This document shows positions 26,921-40,545 of a stretch of DNA of 64,000 nucleotides, piece by piece (position 1 is the first letter of the stretch; each line of letters starts with the position of its first letter). The position numbers were made by a program, and so were the translations under genes. The notes beneath the pieces were generated by a model. That model ran no database searches. It saw nothing but the letters and a program-made list of their open reading frames with translations, and had not been told where the DNA came from. Location of the stretch: contig NC_068982.1 of the NCBI RefSeq assembly GCF_001194135.2, forward strand, positions 99,137,021-99,201,020, read 5' to 3'. The stretch is from Octopus bimaculoides (lineage: Eukaryota).

Positions 26921-27689
26921 TGCCAAACAGTTTCATATAAAGACAAGATACAAAAGAGAGATAAATACAAACACAGACTCAGACATACGTGCATACATAA
27001 ACTTCTGATATGTCATCAGTAGTAATGAATTGTAGATGTAAAACTATGATGTCAGTACAGTGGATTACACAATTGTTGCTGTGACCAAAAAAAACCCCGT
27101 TTCAGTAGTCCAAAAGAATCAGTCAACAATATAAACAATAAGCTATAGGAACACCTTACAGAGGATTCATAAACTAAGGTATTTATAGACACAGTCATAA
27201 ATCCTGGATATATTGGGTCATGGATCTACTTGTTCAAGAACAATCTAAAACCAAACAACAATCACCATCATTATAGTTTTCCATTGAGGCAGATTTTCTA
27301 CAACCAGATGCTCTTCTTGCCACCAGCCTTCACCTCTTTCCAGGCAAGGTAATATTTCCTCATGGTCATAAATAAATATATAACCACACACATAGATGGA
27401 TGTTGTATCAATTTTCATATTTTGCATCATTTACATCATGTTTAACATCATTTTACAGCTTAAGTTATGACAGTGTTCTATATTTCCATAAATATTTTTT
27501 TTTTTTAATCTTTTAGTTAGTAGGGAAGACATTGCTCATGACCCTGTACAGGGCATCAAAGACTAGTGGTAAGGAGATAGGATGTTACTTTAAAACTAAA
27601 AACCTGGCCTGAATGCTCACAACAGAGTAGTCTCTTCTGCAAAAGATTCCCAAGGTGTCAGACAGTGGTGTTATAAACTAAGTAACATT

Positions 27690-28915
27690 CCATTGGTCAT
27701 GGCAGGATTTGAACTCAGAACACAAAAAGCCAGAAACTGCATGGCATTTAGTCTGACATTCATACTGTTGCTACCATGCGTTACTCTGGCTAGGTACATT
27801 TTTATCGATTCCAAAAAGATGGAAGCAAAGTTGATCTCAGTGAGATTTGAACTTGGTGTACAGAAAGCTGGAACAAATACTGTGAGGCAGTTTAACCAAT
27901 ACTCTAATAACTCTACCAATTCACCACCTTGTGTTATTATATAATTTACTTCTTTATATTCCAGCTTTCAAGCTTGTTTGTATGATATATGATTCTCAAC
28001 ATTTCTATGGTTTCTTGCAAATATTTCACAGCTGGATGGTTTCCCTAATTCCAGTCACTCAAATAAATGAATTGACTAATGCAAGTAAAATGGAGTATGT
28101 CTCTGGTATAGTAATATATTATAATGCAAGTCTTAAGAGTTGCTTGAGCATGAAGGTAAGGTCAGTAACATAGACAATAATTCAACGTTCATGTATTTGT
28201 AACCTATGTACCTCAATATATATAGTCAAGCAAAGAAACAAGCCTAAAGGCACAAATCAATAATATATTTTGGACAATGAAAATAGTTAAGTTAAGAGTG
28301 TTGTATACAATCAAATATTAATAATGATGATTTTTTTTAACAGACACAAAGCCATGCTATTGAAAGAAAGAACAGTCAAGTAAATTGACTCCAATATTTG
28401 ACTGGTCCTTTTATGAGCAGAGCAGGGACAAAGAGCGAAGCTGAACCCAGTAGCATTTAAACTCAGAATGTGAAATGACATAAGTAAATAACTTAAGGCA
28501 ATTTAGCTAGCACTACTGATTTCACAGCCTTTAATGATAACTATTTTTAGTTTAGGCTAAAGGCCAGCAATTTTGAAGGGAAGGGGATGGCTGATTACAT
28601 TGACCCCAGTCACTGACTGGTATATTATTTTTATGAACCCCAGAGGGATGAAAAGCAAAGATGAACTTAGCAGAACTTGAACTCAGAACATATGAAGTCA
28701 AAAGAAATAATGCAAAGCATTTTCTCTGATGCTCTAATGATTCCACCAGTCCATTATGCTGCTGCTAATAATAATGATAATAACCCTTTCTGTTATAGGC
28801 ACAAAACCTGAAATTTGGAGGAAGGGGTGTAGTTAATTACATTGCCCCCAATGCTCAACTGTACTTATTTTACTGACTCCGAAAAGATGAGAAGTAAAGT
28901 TGACCTTAGCAGGTC
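27690..28915 (-). repeat. About 5 partial SINE-B copies (27690-27930, 28340-28915)
   Basis: Repeated ttgaactcagaac, gatgaaaagcaaag and acattgacccca motifs separated by (AAT)n-like runs. Confidence 0.75.
27965..28155 (+). CDS. Isolated plus-strand exon-like segment (FKLVCMIYDSQHFYG...SCLSMK), product unknown
   Basis: Acceptor ttctttatattccag, donor AAG/GTAAGG, 63 open codons; no recognisable motif and no partner exon found. Confidence 0.22.
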
Positions 28916-29330
28916 AAGTTCTGATTAACAAGCTCATGCAAGTAACCACTGCATATAAAAAAAAAATTACTGCATTATAATTTCTTCATAGAAATGTAAT
29001 AGTAATAAAATCCAACCACATGTAATTTGATAATTTTATATTTGCAAATCTTCATCAACACTATATTACTTTGTACACAAACTATAAATCCTTCAGAGTC
29101 AGACTGTGTATCATATAAACATATCTAGACAAAAATGTGGAATTTAGGAATGTGACATGAAGCCCCAGTAAAAACAAGAATAAAACTAATATTGCTGTGT
29201 TGTATGTTTGACATTAATGTTTCTTTTGTCTTCACATTAACAGAGATAGGAATTTTTTCTTCCATCATTTTACATTTGCAAAATGGAGTGTCTTGCAGGA
29301 AGACCTACATACCTCAATATTTATGCTTAC

Positions 29331-29487
29331 ATAGTAGAGTATGTGTTATGAGATTTAATCGTATATGATCATGTTAGATTGTCCAGAATTGTAACTTCAT
29401 GGCCAGTGTCTATAGCCAGCAGCAATTACAAGTCATGACCCTTATTTATGTAAATGAAAAAATGTGCCATAAGAATGTTATAACAAT
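29331..29487 (-). pseudogene. Candidate decayed exon (YINKGHDL*LLLAIDTGHEVTILDNLT*SYTIKSHNTYST)
   Basis: Acceptor ttacttttcttaatcatgtag, donor GTAAGC; two in-frame stops; PKD-like G-x2-VT and H-x2-Y spacing judged by eye. Confidence 0.28.
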
Positions 29488-29583
29488 CTACATGATTAAG
29501 AAAAGTAATAGTTGTAGATTTCAGCATTTACCCCAACTCACCTTTTCTGTCCCTCTATCCCTATTCTCTTTCTCAAATTTACC

Positions 29584-29627
<44 letters not shown>

Positions 29628-29769
29628 TGATAAGGGGACAGGAGTAGGTATCTAGCTGAAGAGGTGAATACATGGTTGAGAGAGAGAGAGAGAGAAAGAG
29701 ATGTGAAGTTTACCTTACATCTCTCTCTATCAGCAAGATACCTGCTCCTGTCTGTTTATCACACTCTTT

Positions 29770-29985
29770 GCTATCCCTCAATATCCCACCCAGTTGAAGG
29801 ATCTTGTCTTCTGAGTACTTAGTAACCTCACCAGTGTTGGTGCCACAAAAAAAAAAGAACCCAGTACACTCTTGTGAAGTTTTGGCATCAGGAAGGGCAC
29901 CAAGCTGTGAGAAACCATGCCAGAGCAGACACTGTTGATTGGCCACAGCCAGCTGGCCAACATGAAGAAAAGGGTCATTAATAAT
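29770..29985 (+). mobile_element. RTE-type 3' tail fragment
   Basis: cccagtacactc...ggcatcaggaagggcaccaagctgtgagaaaccatgcc. Confidence 0.65.
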
Positions 29986-30968
29986 AATGATTATATATAT
30001 ATACATATGTGTATCTATATATATATCACCAGTGAATGCTTTCAATTATAAATCACAACAAATTCTTAAAGAAAAAATATCCTTGAACAACAAAATATAT
30101 TTTCTTAAATATTTTCTTTTTCAGTAGGGCTTAGTTAATTCTGATATTCTTACTTCAATTGTCTTCTAAGTGGACTCATAATACTTGACTAGATACTGGT
30201 GTGGAGTTTGTTAGTCATGAATTTGTATCCTTCACTGGTATTGTATTCTTGTTTAGTTCCAGGTCATCCATGAAGGATCAGACTTATGATCAAAGCTGTT
30301 ACAGCTATGACACTTTTTAAGGAGTGTTGTATATAAAGAGTACACCTTGTAGTATGTCTCACCCAGTAGGGTGTAGTATTGCAATAGTGAACTTCACTAA
30401 AAAACTGAAGAGCCCGGGGAGTATTAAAAAGTGACAGACTAAGTCTTTCGGATTTAAAAGGGACCAGGCTGCTAACATTTCTGATATTTTGGTAGGTATC
30501 CTGGTTAATACAACAACAGTGTTATGAAGCAATTGAGAAGATTCATTAATGATATACTTTCTGAAAATAGATGGTATATTTGAACAAATAGATCATGCCT
30601 CTGCATGGCCAATAACACATTGAATGGCACCAACAAAAGCTTAAATATGCATTAATTAATGGGACAGAGGCAGATAGCTTGTTGATACTTCAGCTATCAT
30701 AGTAGTGGGTAGGTAAACAAAGAGAAATGACATCTTATAGTGGGTGGCTGTGATGAGGTAATCTTTAGGAGTGGTGTATGCACTGCAAACAACTGGCAAA
30801 GAAACAAATAAAAAATTGTCATGAGAACTAAAAACCTGAATTTTTTTTTACTTATGTTTTTGTTTTATATATTTTAAGCTTTTGTAATCACAAGACAAAA
30901 ACAAAACATTGATACTTTCATTTGTAGCCTTTTAGCTATAAACTTATTTTACTCACTTTCTCCTACAC

Positions 30969-31117
30969 CTTATGTGAACAATTCATTTAACAGAAGCTTC
31001 GTAATGATTCATGTATCAATCTAGACAATCCCTTTATAGAAAATTGTACACTAACATTATACAAAGGATTCTGAATAATAAACTCAACTTCCATATTTTG
31101 TCGCACAAAATTGCATT
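30969..31117 (-). pseudogene. Candidate exon (CNFVRQNMEVEFIIQNPLYNVSVQFSIKGLSRLIHESLRSFC*MNCSHK)
   Basis: Strong acceptor ttttcattattttcag; open for 42 codons; either one TAA before donor AAG/GTGTAG or an earlier GTTAGT donor. Confidence 0.3.
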
Positions 31118-32939
31118 CTGAAAATAATGAAAATCTGATAAAAACAATTGATATCAAACAACAAAAATCTAGTAATACTTTTTTTTAATTGTTCTTAAAA
31201 CTTTTATAATGTTGTTAATAATGATAATGAGGAAAAAAATTAACAATAACAACTGTCATTCTTTGTAACTTACAATTTTGGTGGATATGAACAAAAGATA
31301 AAAAAGTTAAAGAAAAACTTCATTCTTGGAAGATATTTAATATGACAGTAAGTTTTTGTCAACTAATGTAAAGATAGAAGAGACTGAAAAATTATAAACA
31401 AAAATACAAAGTACCCTAAAACTTAGAGCTCTCAAAGAGACCTGATCAGTTTCTGACCCTCAACAATTTCAAATTAGATCCAGAACACAGTTGCTGTTAC
31501 AAACAAACATTCTAGAATGAATGAATATTCCCATCTTCAGAGCCAAGGGATAGGGACCTCAGATACAACCACCATTCTTGTCCATACATTGTGTCTACAC
31601 ACACTCCTAGCCTTCACATTTTCATGGGCACTCATAGGTAGTGAGGATTTATGCTTGAAGCTGTCCTCCTAGTCTAGCTACCTTCCAAGGCAGCCAAACC
31701 AAACCTGACCACCCAATTATAGTGCCCAATGTAGCTCTGGATAAAGAAGTGTTCGAGCATGGCTGATGCCAGTGCTGCCTGACTGGCTCCTGTGCCGGTA
31801 GTGATGGGTAAAATATGTCCATAAATTTCTTCTTCATTTTGTGCTCACACCACAAGATGTTTTGAGCTTTCATGACTAGCTGGTGTAATCTTGAGGCTCC
31901 TTCTTCCCCTTCCAGATTTTGTTCCAAAGCAAAGAATGCTCGCTACACACACTCTGAAAAAAGGCTATCCTTGTTGACACTGACATATTTGTTTACCAGA
32001 TATTATGAAGACTGTTATACATGTACACACACACATAAGACCATATAGAACATTACATAAGTAAATATATAGACAGGATGTGAAAAATAAAATAATAATT
32101 AAACAAAGAGATATAGAAATTGAATGTACAATACAGGGTTTTTTTTTTTCTTTCTCTCTCTAATTACAAGTTCATAGACTTGTTAGATAAATAAATGCAT
32201 TTTAGATATGAATCATTACTCACTTTCACATGTCCCAATTCACAATTATCAGAGAATTGTCCAATATTCATTGGGCAGTATATAAAAGTATAACTGACAA
32301 TCCCTAAACTTAAAAATTGTTAATGCCATACATGAACACAAAAACATGTCAAAGTTTATTTTTAAAATGCTGTATTTTAAGCATGTTGTTCTGTATTCAA
32401 ATTTTTGCATAAATAAACAGTCATACTTTTATATCCTAATTTATAACTGAGTTTGCAAGCACAGTTCAAACAGTGCAAATGAATTAACTACCATAAATTA
32501 ATTGGCAAACTACGAGTCATTTCCGGATTTCTTTAACTTTATGTCCTACCATAGCAGAATGATCATGGTTCAACAATGAATGAATAAATTTGAACATGCT
32601 TCAAGCTATAATCAACATAATTCATTGTAAATTTTTATATAATCTGGTTACAATGAGCAATGCAGTTTAATTAAACTGAATTGTTCTGAAACAATAATTA
32701 AAACAAATGTTTAAAAACTTTTTCTCATAATAAAAAAGAAAAGGAAAGAAAGAAAGAAAGAAACATATAAAACACTTTATGATTAGCAATTGCTAGTAAA
32801 TATTGAGAATTTTCTATGTAATCATCATCAAAATTAAGCTAACTCTTTCTGTGCCTTCATTTGCTGTAATGATTTCTGTTCCACTCTCACCTAAATCCAA
32901 TCTCTCAAGTCAAACATAGTCTTCAAGTAGTTGTTCAGA

Positions 32940-33110
32940 CTGCTAGAAATAGCAGCCAAATCTCCCTCAAATCACATCCTAACATCTTTGAAAAGAAAGG
33001 ACACATTAAATAATGTAGTCTAAGAGAGATTATGTCCAAAATTGAGTTGTTCACAACTAGGATGCCTCTGATCTTAGATGTCTGATTTAGAAAGAGTAAC
33101 AACAGCAAGT
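32940..33110 (+). mobile_element. Old interspersed repeat family (SINE-like); related copies near 8905, 38065, 38725, 44575 (+) and 30250, 36445 (-)
   Basis: Shared motif aaatagcagccaaatctccctcaaatcaca...aaaggacacatt...aatgtagtc. Confidence 0.65.
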
Positions 33111-34256
33111 CTTATTTCAAAAGCTATGGGCACTGCACCTGCTTCTCAACAGAATACAAAATTATACTTACTAAGTACATTTAACTACAATCTCTGACAA
33201 TAAGAAACTGAATAAGTTTTAAATTTAAACAGTTTATAGCCTGAATGCACAAGTGAAATTGCCACCTTAATTTACTTCTCTGTAATGTGCTGAATTTTTA
33301 AGATCAAATAAAAGTTAAATTCTTATCATTATTTTGTTTAGTTCAAATTGCTGTGGAGAGAGAGGTGGGTAAGAGAAAGATGGAGAGAGAAGAGCTAAGA
33401 AATAAAACAGTCCAAATGGATTTTATCCCCATGATTAGAATGCAAGCATAAATTATCTTGTAAATAGCTTTTATTAGCCTAAAGCTGATATCTTATTGGC
33501 TTGCAATTACTATCTGCACTGCAACATAATTGACCAAATCAACAACCAATCACAAGATTGAAGACACACATCAATATTCAAACACATACATACGCAATAA
33601 TATTTGAGAAAAAAAAACATAATAAAAATATTTTGATACATGCAGAAATTGTTGATATTTAGGACTATAAATAACATTCTGATTTTTCTTTTCTTTGTTA
33701 TATAATACTTGGCAAATTAAATATTTAAGAAATATTTCAGGAAATAATTTAAGAAAAAAAGTTTTGAGTTTTTTTATTTAAAAACAAATGCATTTCAATC
33801 ACAGAATTTCACTTTGAACAGTTAAATGAATGTTTCTTAGTTTTAGAATATATATGAAATGGGGTGGTGGGAAATGTCAGGGATATCACTGAGCTAGACT
33901 TAAAGACTCTTCTGGAGTTGAGGAATGACATAATTGGATAAATATGAGCATTGAGTGAATGGTGGTAGGTTAATGTTTGGTGGGAATTGTTGTTAAAGAG
34001 TTATTGAAGGATAGTTTCTAGTTAACCCTTCAACATTAAGCACAGAAAGGTAACTAGTTTCTACAGCTGAGCTCAACATACAGAATAAATAAGAAACCTG
34101 TATCTCAAATAAAGAGAGATTGACTAAATGCTACTAAAAGGAAAGACTTAAAAATTGAGGATAATACCTATAAATGACAATCAGGGAATCTAAAACAGAT
34201 AATGCAACACCAATACAGCCAGCTGATAGAGAACCAAATGGCCCTTATTTGACATA

Positions 34257-35477
34257 CAAGGTGGCATCAAAAAGTTCCCAGACTAGTTTTGTAGCACGCC
34301 AACAGATGGCAGCACATGGTTGTGTGCACAATGAGAGCTAGCAGTGACCTTCATGAAGCAGTGAGCTGAGTGACATCAGTTTACTTTGTAAGTTGTGAAA
34401 TTTGTGTTTGTACGATTACGTGTATGCTGTAGTCTGCAATTTTATCATGGACAGGAAGATAGAACATTAAACTTGGGAAGTCTGCAACAGAGCCATTGAG
34501 TATGCTTCAGCAAGCTTATAGCGATGAGGCAATGGGTCATAAGCAACATTTTGAGTGACATGGGCACTTCAAAAGAAGAAGAACATCTCTGGAAGACGAT
34601 GAGCAATCTGGAAGACTTGCCATGAGCGTCACCCCAAGAAATGAGGAAAAACTTGTGCATAAGGATCATCGAAGGACAGTCAACGACATTGCTGATGTTG
34701 CTGGTCTGTCATATGGGTTTGTGCAGGCAATCCTAACATCTGAATTGGACATGCAGCATGTCTATGCCAAGTTTGTTCCCTTCCTGCTGACTACTGAGCA
34801 GAAAGAACATAGCAAAGTCTGTCAAGATCTCCATCAGTGTGTTGCTGATGACCCATCCTTCATGTCCAGGATCATCACTGGTGACTTGGGTCTACACGTG
34901 TGACCCTCAGACGAAGCAGCAGTTGTTACAATGGAAAAGCCCTTAATTTCCATGACCAAAGAAGGCACGACAGAGCCGCAGCTCAATCAAAAACATGCTC
35001 ATTGTTTTTTTAAACATCTCCCAAGGCCAAACCTTCAATCAAGAGTTCTACTGCAACATTTTGAAGCATTTGAGAGAGAACATTTGGCGAAAGCAACCAG
35101 ATCTGTGGAGCACAAAGAATTGGATTTTTCACGACAATGCACCCTGTCACCAAGCTCTCCTCACTCATGAGTTTCTTGCCAAAAACAACATGGTACCACT
35201 TCCACACCTGCCAACTTCCATCTCTTTCCCAAGATGAAAATGCAGCTCAAAGGTCACCGTTTTAACACTTCCATTGGATCAAGAGTAAATTGCAGAAGAT
35301 CCTTGATTCACTTATGGAAAACAACTTCCAGACCAAATTCCAAAAGTGGCAGGAATGCTGGAACCAGTGTATTGCTGTGCAAAGTGACTATTTCAAAAGA
35401 GATGATGTTAAAACTCAGGTAAATAAGTTATTTTTAATTAAACATAACTAGTGCAGGAACTTTTTGATACCACTCCA
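34257..35477 (+). mobile_element. Near-full-length defective mariner (irritans-like, tentative) with TIRs and TA target duplication
   Basis: Left TA-caaggtggcatcaaaaagttcccagactag; right end reverse complement TA-tggagtggtatcaaaaagttcctgcactag; transposase remnants FMSRIITGD, KNWIFHDNAPCH, FPKMKMQLKG with stops and frameshifts. Confidence 0.95.
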
Positions 35478-35592
35478 TAAATCATTATCATTTCCTACTT
35501 GAAATCTTCAAATAACTTCAAATCATCCACTTGATATATTTGATTAAATTCCTGTGGATCTTTACAATCTTCTAAAATTTGCAGCACCTTAC

Positions 35593-35862
35593 CATTTGTA
35601 ACCAATCTACACCTCTGTCTCCTCTCCAAGAGAATTCAGCTGGAATGAGTTTCATAGTCAAAATATTGGGAAAAATACTCAAAACAATACCAGAAATAGC
35701 ACTCTCTGCAAGTAGATATTTCTTAACAGCCTCATTACTGATGACCTGTCTTTTTTGTGTATGACATATAGCTTTTAGACTGAATAGATTTGTACCTGGA
35801 GTTGACCAAACCCCATTGTATTGGAAATGTAATTGAGTATCATATCTAAAATTCCAGGTTAA
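35593..35862 (-). CDS. Candidate intact 270-nt exon, phase 0 to 0 (LTWNFRYDTQ...AESAISGIVLSIFPNILTMKLIPAEFSWRGDRGVDWLQM), weakly PKD-repeat-like
   Basis: Acceptor gtactcttag (in-frame TAG just upstream), donor ATG/GTAAGG, 90 open codons in unique sequence. Confidence 0.55.
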
Positions 35863-38800
35863 CTAAGAGTACAATCAGAGTAAATTAACAAACTACTTTG
35901 CTGAAGACTGTGTAATAATTATTATAGTGTTCTAAATCTATAAACCAGGACATCTTAAATTATTAGAGTATGTATGCATGAAAAGGAAAATAGATGGCTG
36001 ATCAAAGTTTAAAATGAAGGGCGCAGACAAAATAACAGGAAGATCATGAACCAAACAAGTTTATGCTGTAATGGCACAAAATACACACAATGTGCAGACC
36101 ATATTTAAACAAGCTGATGGGTTAGTGTTACACAAAACCTACATAATTGGAAAATTAGAGAGATGAAATATATCAAAGTGACATTTCTTACTGCAGTACA
36201 CAATAAATCTTGCTTCATAAAAGAGTAATATAAAATATTCATTGTAATCTGCTTCTTATAAATAGAGAAGTTTGAGAGTAGTAAGTTATTTGAGGTAGTT
36301 CATAATTTCAGGGGACAGCATGAATATACATATAATCATTCAATCTGGTTCCAGCCACCAGTCTGCAACCATGTTGGGTCTCGACCTTTGATGCAAATTT
36401 TTTTTAGTACAAAAGGAAACAAATAAAAATCAATTCAATTGTTATTGTTTAGTTCTAGGCTGGTCCTGATCAAGCAGGCCTAAGAATGCTAATGTGCAAT
36501 TTGAGGGAAGATGGTTGCTATTTTTAACAGGATGAGTGATTGCATAATGGGTTCATCTGTTAACTAAAAAAAAAACCAAGTCATCAGCATCATATGTCCA
36601 CTTCTCCATGCTAGGAAGACATAAAAGAATTTAGAGTGTCTTTTAAATACTTTTTTGTCTACCAAAAAGCAATTTAAATAACAAAAAAAAGTTATGTTGT
36701 AAAGCTTTAACTGCAACAGTACACTATAACACATCACTTGCTTAACTCACTCTAGCTGAAAAATAGGTATTACATGAAGTAGTTGTTCAATAGCTACTAT
36801 AAGGAAGAGCATTAGACTATAAAATATTGATAGAAAAAAAATCTAATTTTAACTTTTCAAATGATGCTAGCATAGAAATAATATACTCATTATCATACAC
36901 ATCATGAATAAGTATATGAAGGAAAATTACACTTTAGAAAAATGTTTTTTTTTTTCTCTAAAGTGAAAGCTAGAGAACAAACAAATTCTAATTATTATAT
37001 AAATTAGATTGGATGAAATTTTACATGTAATAAATATATGGGGAGGTTCATTTACCGGTACCAATGAATTAAGTTCCATTTTGTTATAAATAATAAATTT
37101 AGCTCATAACTTTTATAGTTAATCTACTAATTTTTCAATATATATAGTAAAAAAAAAAATGTAAACAGTGACTTCATTTGTATATACAAATAAAATGGAA
37201 GTTTGTAACTGACTTGAAATAGTTTCATTAACAACTATGCCAAAGCTGAAATAGGAGCTTGACAGGTCCTTTCAAATTGTCCAACCCACATCAGTGTAGA
37301 CAGAAGATATTGTTGTTACTACTGCTGCTGCTGATGTCAATGATGAAAAAGCTTATAAATAGTAATATTCAAACTGTTTCAGAGATGTCATGGGGATAGA
37401 TTAAATTAATACCAAACATTAGCCTTATGCTCATAGTTATTATGAAATAAAAACTACATGAAGACAATAACTAAAAGCCATGAATACTGACTGAATTATG
37501 CAATCAACAACAGTAAAATAAAGTACATCATGTATCATTTCATTCAAATTTATATGAATTTGCTAACCTTTGAGACATCAATTATTGTTTGTAAAGAAAC
37601 TACTTCTTCAGATAATTATTATGGGATGGTTCAACATAACTTACTAGCTTGTGTGCCCTTGTTTCACACAATTATCTGTTTCTTATGTAATTAATTTATC
37701 TTGATCACTGTTACTGATGAGAAATAAGCTTTATTTTTCAGTCATATTCCCTGTAGGCAATATACTGAGTATCTACTTTATTGTAGATAATATATTTGCA
37801 GTACAGTAAAAGTAACTTCCAAAAATATTAACTTAAGGTTCCTATCTTGGAGTCAGACAGTACTAAAAATAAATGTACTGTCTAATTTAATGTCTGTCAA
37901 ACCTCGTCGTGAAAATTCTTCCCATAGAATTAAAGAATAAAGCATATTTTAAGATTTAACCATTATTTCATATAAGTTATGTAATAAATGTTGATTCATT
38001 AATAGATAGGATAAGACAGATAATCCAATGAGGGAAGTCTCTATGCAGTCATTAAACATGCTAGAAATAGCAACCAAATATCCCTCAGATCATACCCTAC
38101 CAATTTAAAAAGGCTTACCTGCCCAGGGTTAACTCAAGCTAAACAGCAACAACAGGACATAGATAACCATATTAAAAAGTGAATTTTGGCAAGTAGCACA
38201 AAATTAATTACAAGAGCTTTAAATCTTACTTGAATTAATAGTATGGGACAAAAATAAAACTACATAATAAGGTAGAAGGCCATAGAGACGTATAATTATT
38301 GTTAGCTATTTTATTGACCATTGTAAGTAAAAGGCCAATTGATCAAATTTCAACCTAGCCTCTTAATGCATTCAGTTTTCTTGTAGTATATGAACGTTAA
38401 GATTATAATGACCTTCCATATAGACGTGAAACCAAAGAAATCTAAAAGAGAAATAAAAAGCAGTAATATTAAAGCAATATTCTAAGTGTCAAAATAGTTA
38501 CAAGTGAGAATTGAACCAAAATTTAGTTACATTACCCTATTTTCACAATACTACCCTACCCTAAGTGGATGAAAATGACCTATGATGGTAATAATGATTT
38601 TGATAAAAATCAGTCAATCGGGTACAATATCAAACAATGAACATTAATGTAACTTTTACCAGCATTATGTACAAGAAAAGCAGGAACCAATAAGACAGCC
38701 TCTACATCTGTGATTCAAGCTGCAACAAATAGTGGCCAAATCTCCCCAAAATCACATTCAACTATCGTTAAAAAAGTGGGGAAGGAAACACTGGACAATG

Positions 38801-39030
38801 TAATCATAAATACACAAAAACGACATGATGGTCACAAATGGAGAACCTGTAACTATAGTTTTGCTCAATCAAAGCTGACGAGCTGAAAAGGCAATAACTA
38901 GGTAAAACAAGATATTGTAACAATCATAGTCAATGAAATGTTAAAATGATAGTGAGGAAAAGGATGATGCTAGGATGGTGGTGGCAGTTATTATAATAAC
39001 AGTGAGGATAAATACATAATTTTCCCTTAC

Positions 39031-39227
39031 ATCTGATGCTAATGTAGATGAGGTAACAAACAAAAAGTAATATAATCTTGTATAAAACATCAATATACAA
39101 TCACAAAGATAATTAAAAAAATATGTTGACATGTCAAAACTTGCATCCAAATCTTTATAACCATCATTAGATAGATTTAAGCTACATTGTTCAATACCCA
39201 TATTAATACCCGAGTTTAGATTTATTG
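39031..39227 (-). CDS. Candidate exon, phase 1 to 0 (INLNSGINMGIEQCSLNLSNDGY...YYFLFVTSSTLASD)
   Basis: Donor GAT/GTAAGG, weaker acceptor ttgttgctaag, 65 open codons; phase matches the 35862 exon. Confidence 0.38.
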
Positions 39228-40339
39228 CTTAGCAACAATTTCAGAATGAATCCAGGTTTTGATGTTTCACAAGAAATTAAATGCCATGAACTATGGAATA
39301 CCAGCCACCAAAATATGCTAAATAGAAAGAGAGCTCATTCAGGGATATCAATGAAGTATATGCTTCTCTGTAAAGAGGGGTGGGGTGAGATAAATCAAAC
39401 TCATTTAAATATTGGTCATTTTCTCAGTTTCCTTACTTACAAGGTTCTCATCTTCAACAAATGGAAGGTTAAAGCAAAGATGAGGAATGTTAGGATGCTA
39501 TGATGAGGAAAAAATATCTACTTTGTTAGATGAACTCTTCATTTAAAGAATGAGATAATATAAGCAAATATTTTTTAGAAACCAACACGACAGACAACAA
39601 TGTTTTGCTTTGCTTGTGTGGATTGCCTGTCTCCTCAAATAATAGTGACTCTATTATTTTAAATTAGATTGTATATGTCAAAAAATAATCGACAAAATCA
39701 GGAAACTACTAAAGAACTTATTTGCACATATAGCTTAGAATCCATTGCCATCAACAGTACTTCAAATGAACCTTCAGTAAAGTACACTGTATCAGCTAGT
39801 TAAAGGTCTGTGGGTGTTTAGTGAAGATAGGAGAAGCCATATCTTGAAACAAGCACGTTCTTTCACTTTACTATATATATTTAACAGACAACCTACCTAT
39901 GATGTATAAATTTTAAGATGGAGATCGACAAACCAAAACAAGTCTACTTTATGAAACTAATAGCGACTGAGACACCTCTTTCTTTTGGGTAAGACTTAAG
40001 TTTTAGTGAAATATGTAAATAATTGATTTAAAAGAAAGCATAGTTCAACAAAAGTCATTCTGTATGAAAATAAAATTTCAAATTGTAGACAACAAGCACG
40101 AGTCACTGGGTCACAAATAAATAAATGGATAACAGTTTGTTCATTTGTTAATCAAACATTGAAACATACATCTTCAATCTATCAATGTTACACAGAGAAA
40201 ACTAAACAATAGTAATTTTTACATTTTTACTATTTCAACTTGTCAGCTCTTTATAATACTAATTCACTTGGCACAGCATTCATTAACTCTAATAGACTAT
40301 TAATTTGAGAAATTCTAAATAACTAACTGTATCTGAAAG

Positions 40340-40545
40340 TTTTAGATACATTCAGAACATGTGGTTGCCTTGTTATATTATTACTAGCATAGGTACAGAT
40401 AGTGGCTATTTATATAACTGAGGATAGTTCTGAAGAAACTATTACTAGAAGTAATGGTCCCAAGATAATTCTTTGAGGTACTCCATTCAGAATTACTGAA
40501 TCTTTTGAATGAAAACTGTTGACTGCAACAGCTTGACTTCTGTGA
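40340..40545 (-). mobile_element. Decayed CR1-type RT fragment
   Basis: Minus QAVAVNSFHSKDSVILNGVPQRIILGPLLL...TICTYASN resembles GVPQGTVLGPLLF...YADD. Confidence 0.8.

Noticed and set aside
38300-38441. Strong minus acceptor followed by FLWFHVYMEGHYNLNVHI
   Set aside because: Stops within about 25-30 codons in all frames and phase does not match the upstream candidate; kept only as weak context
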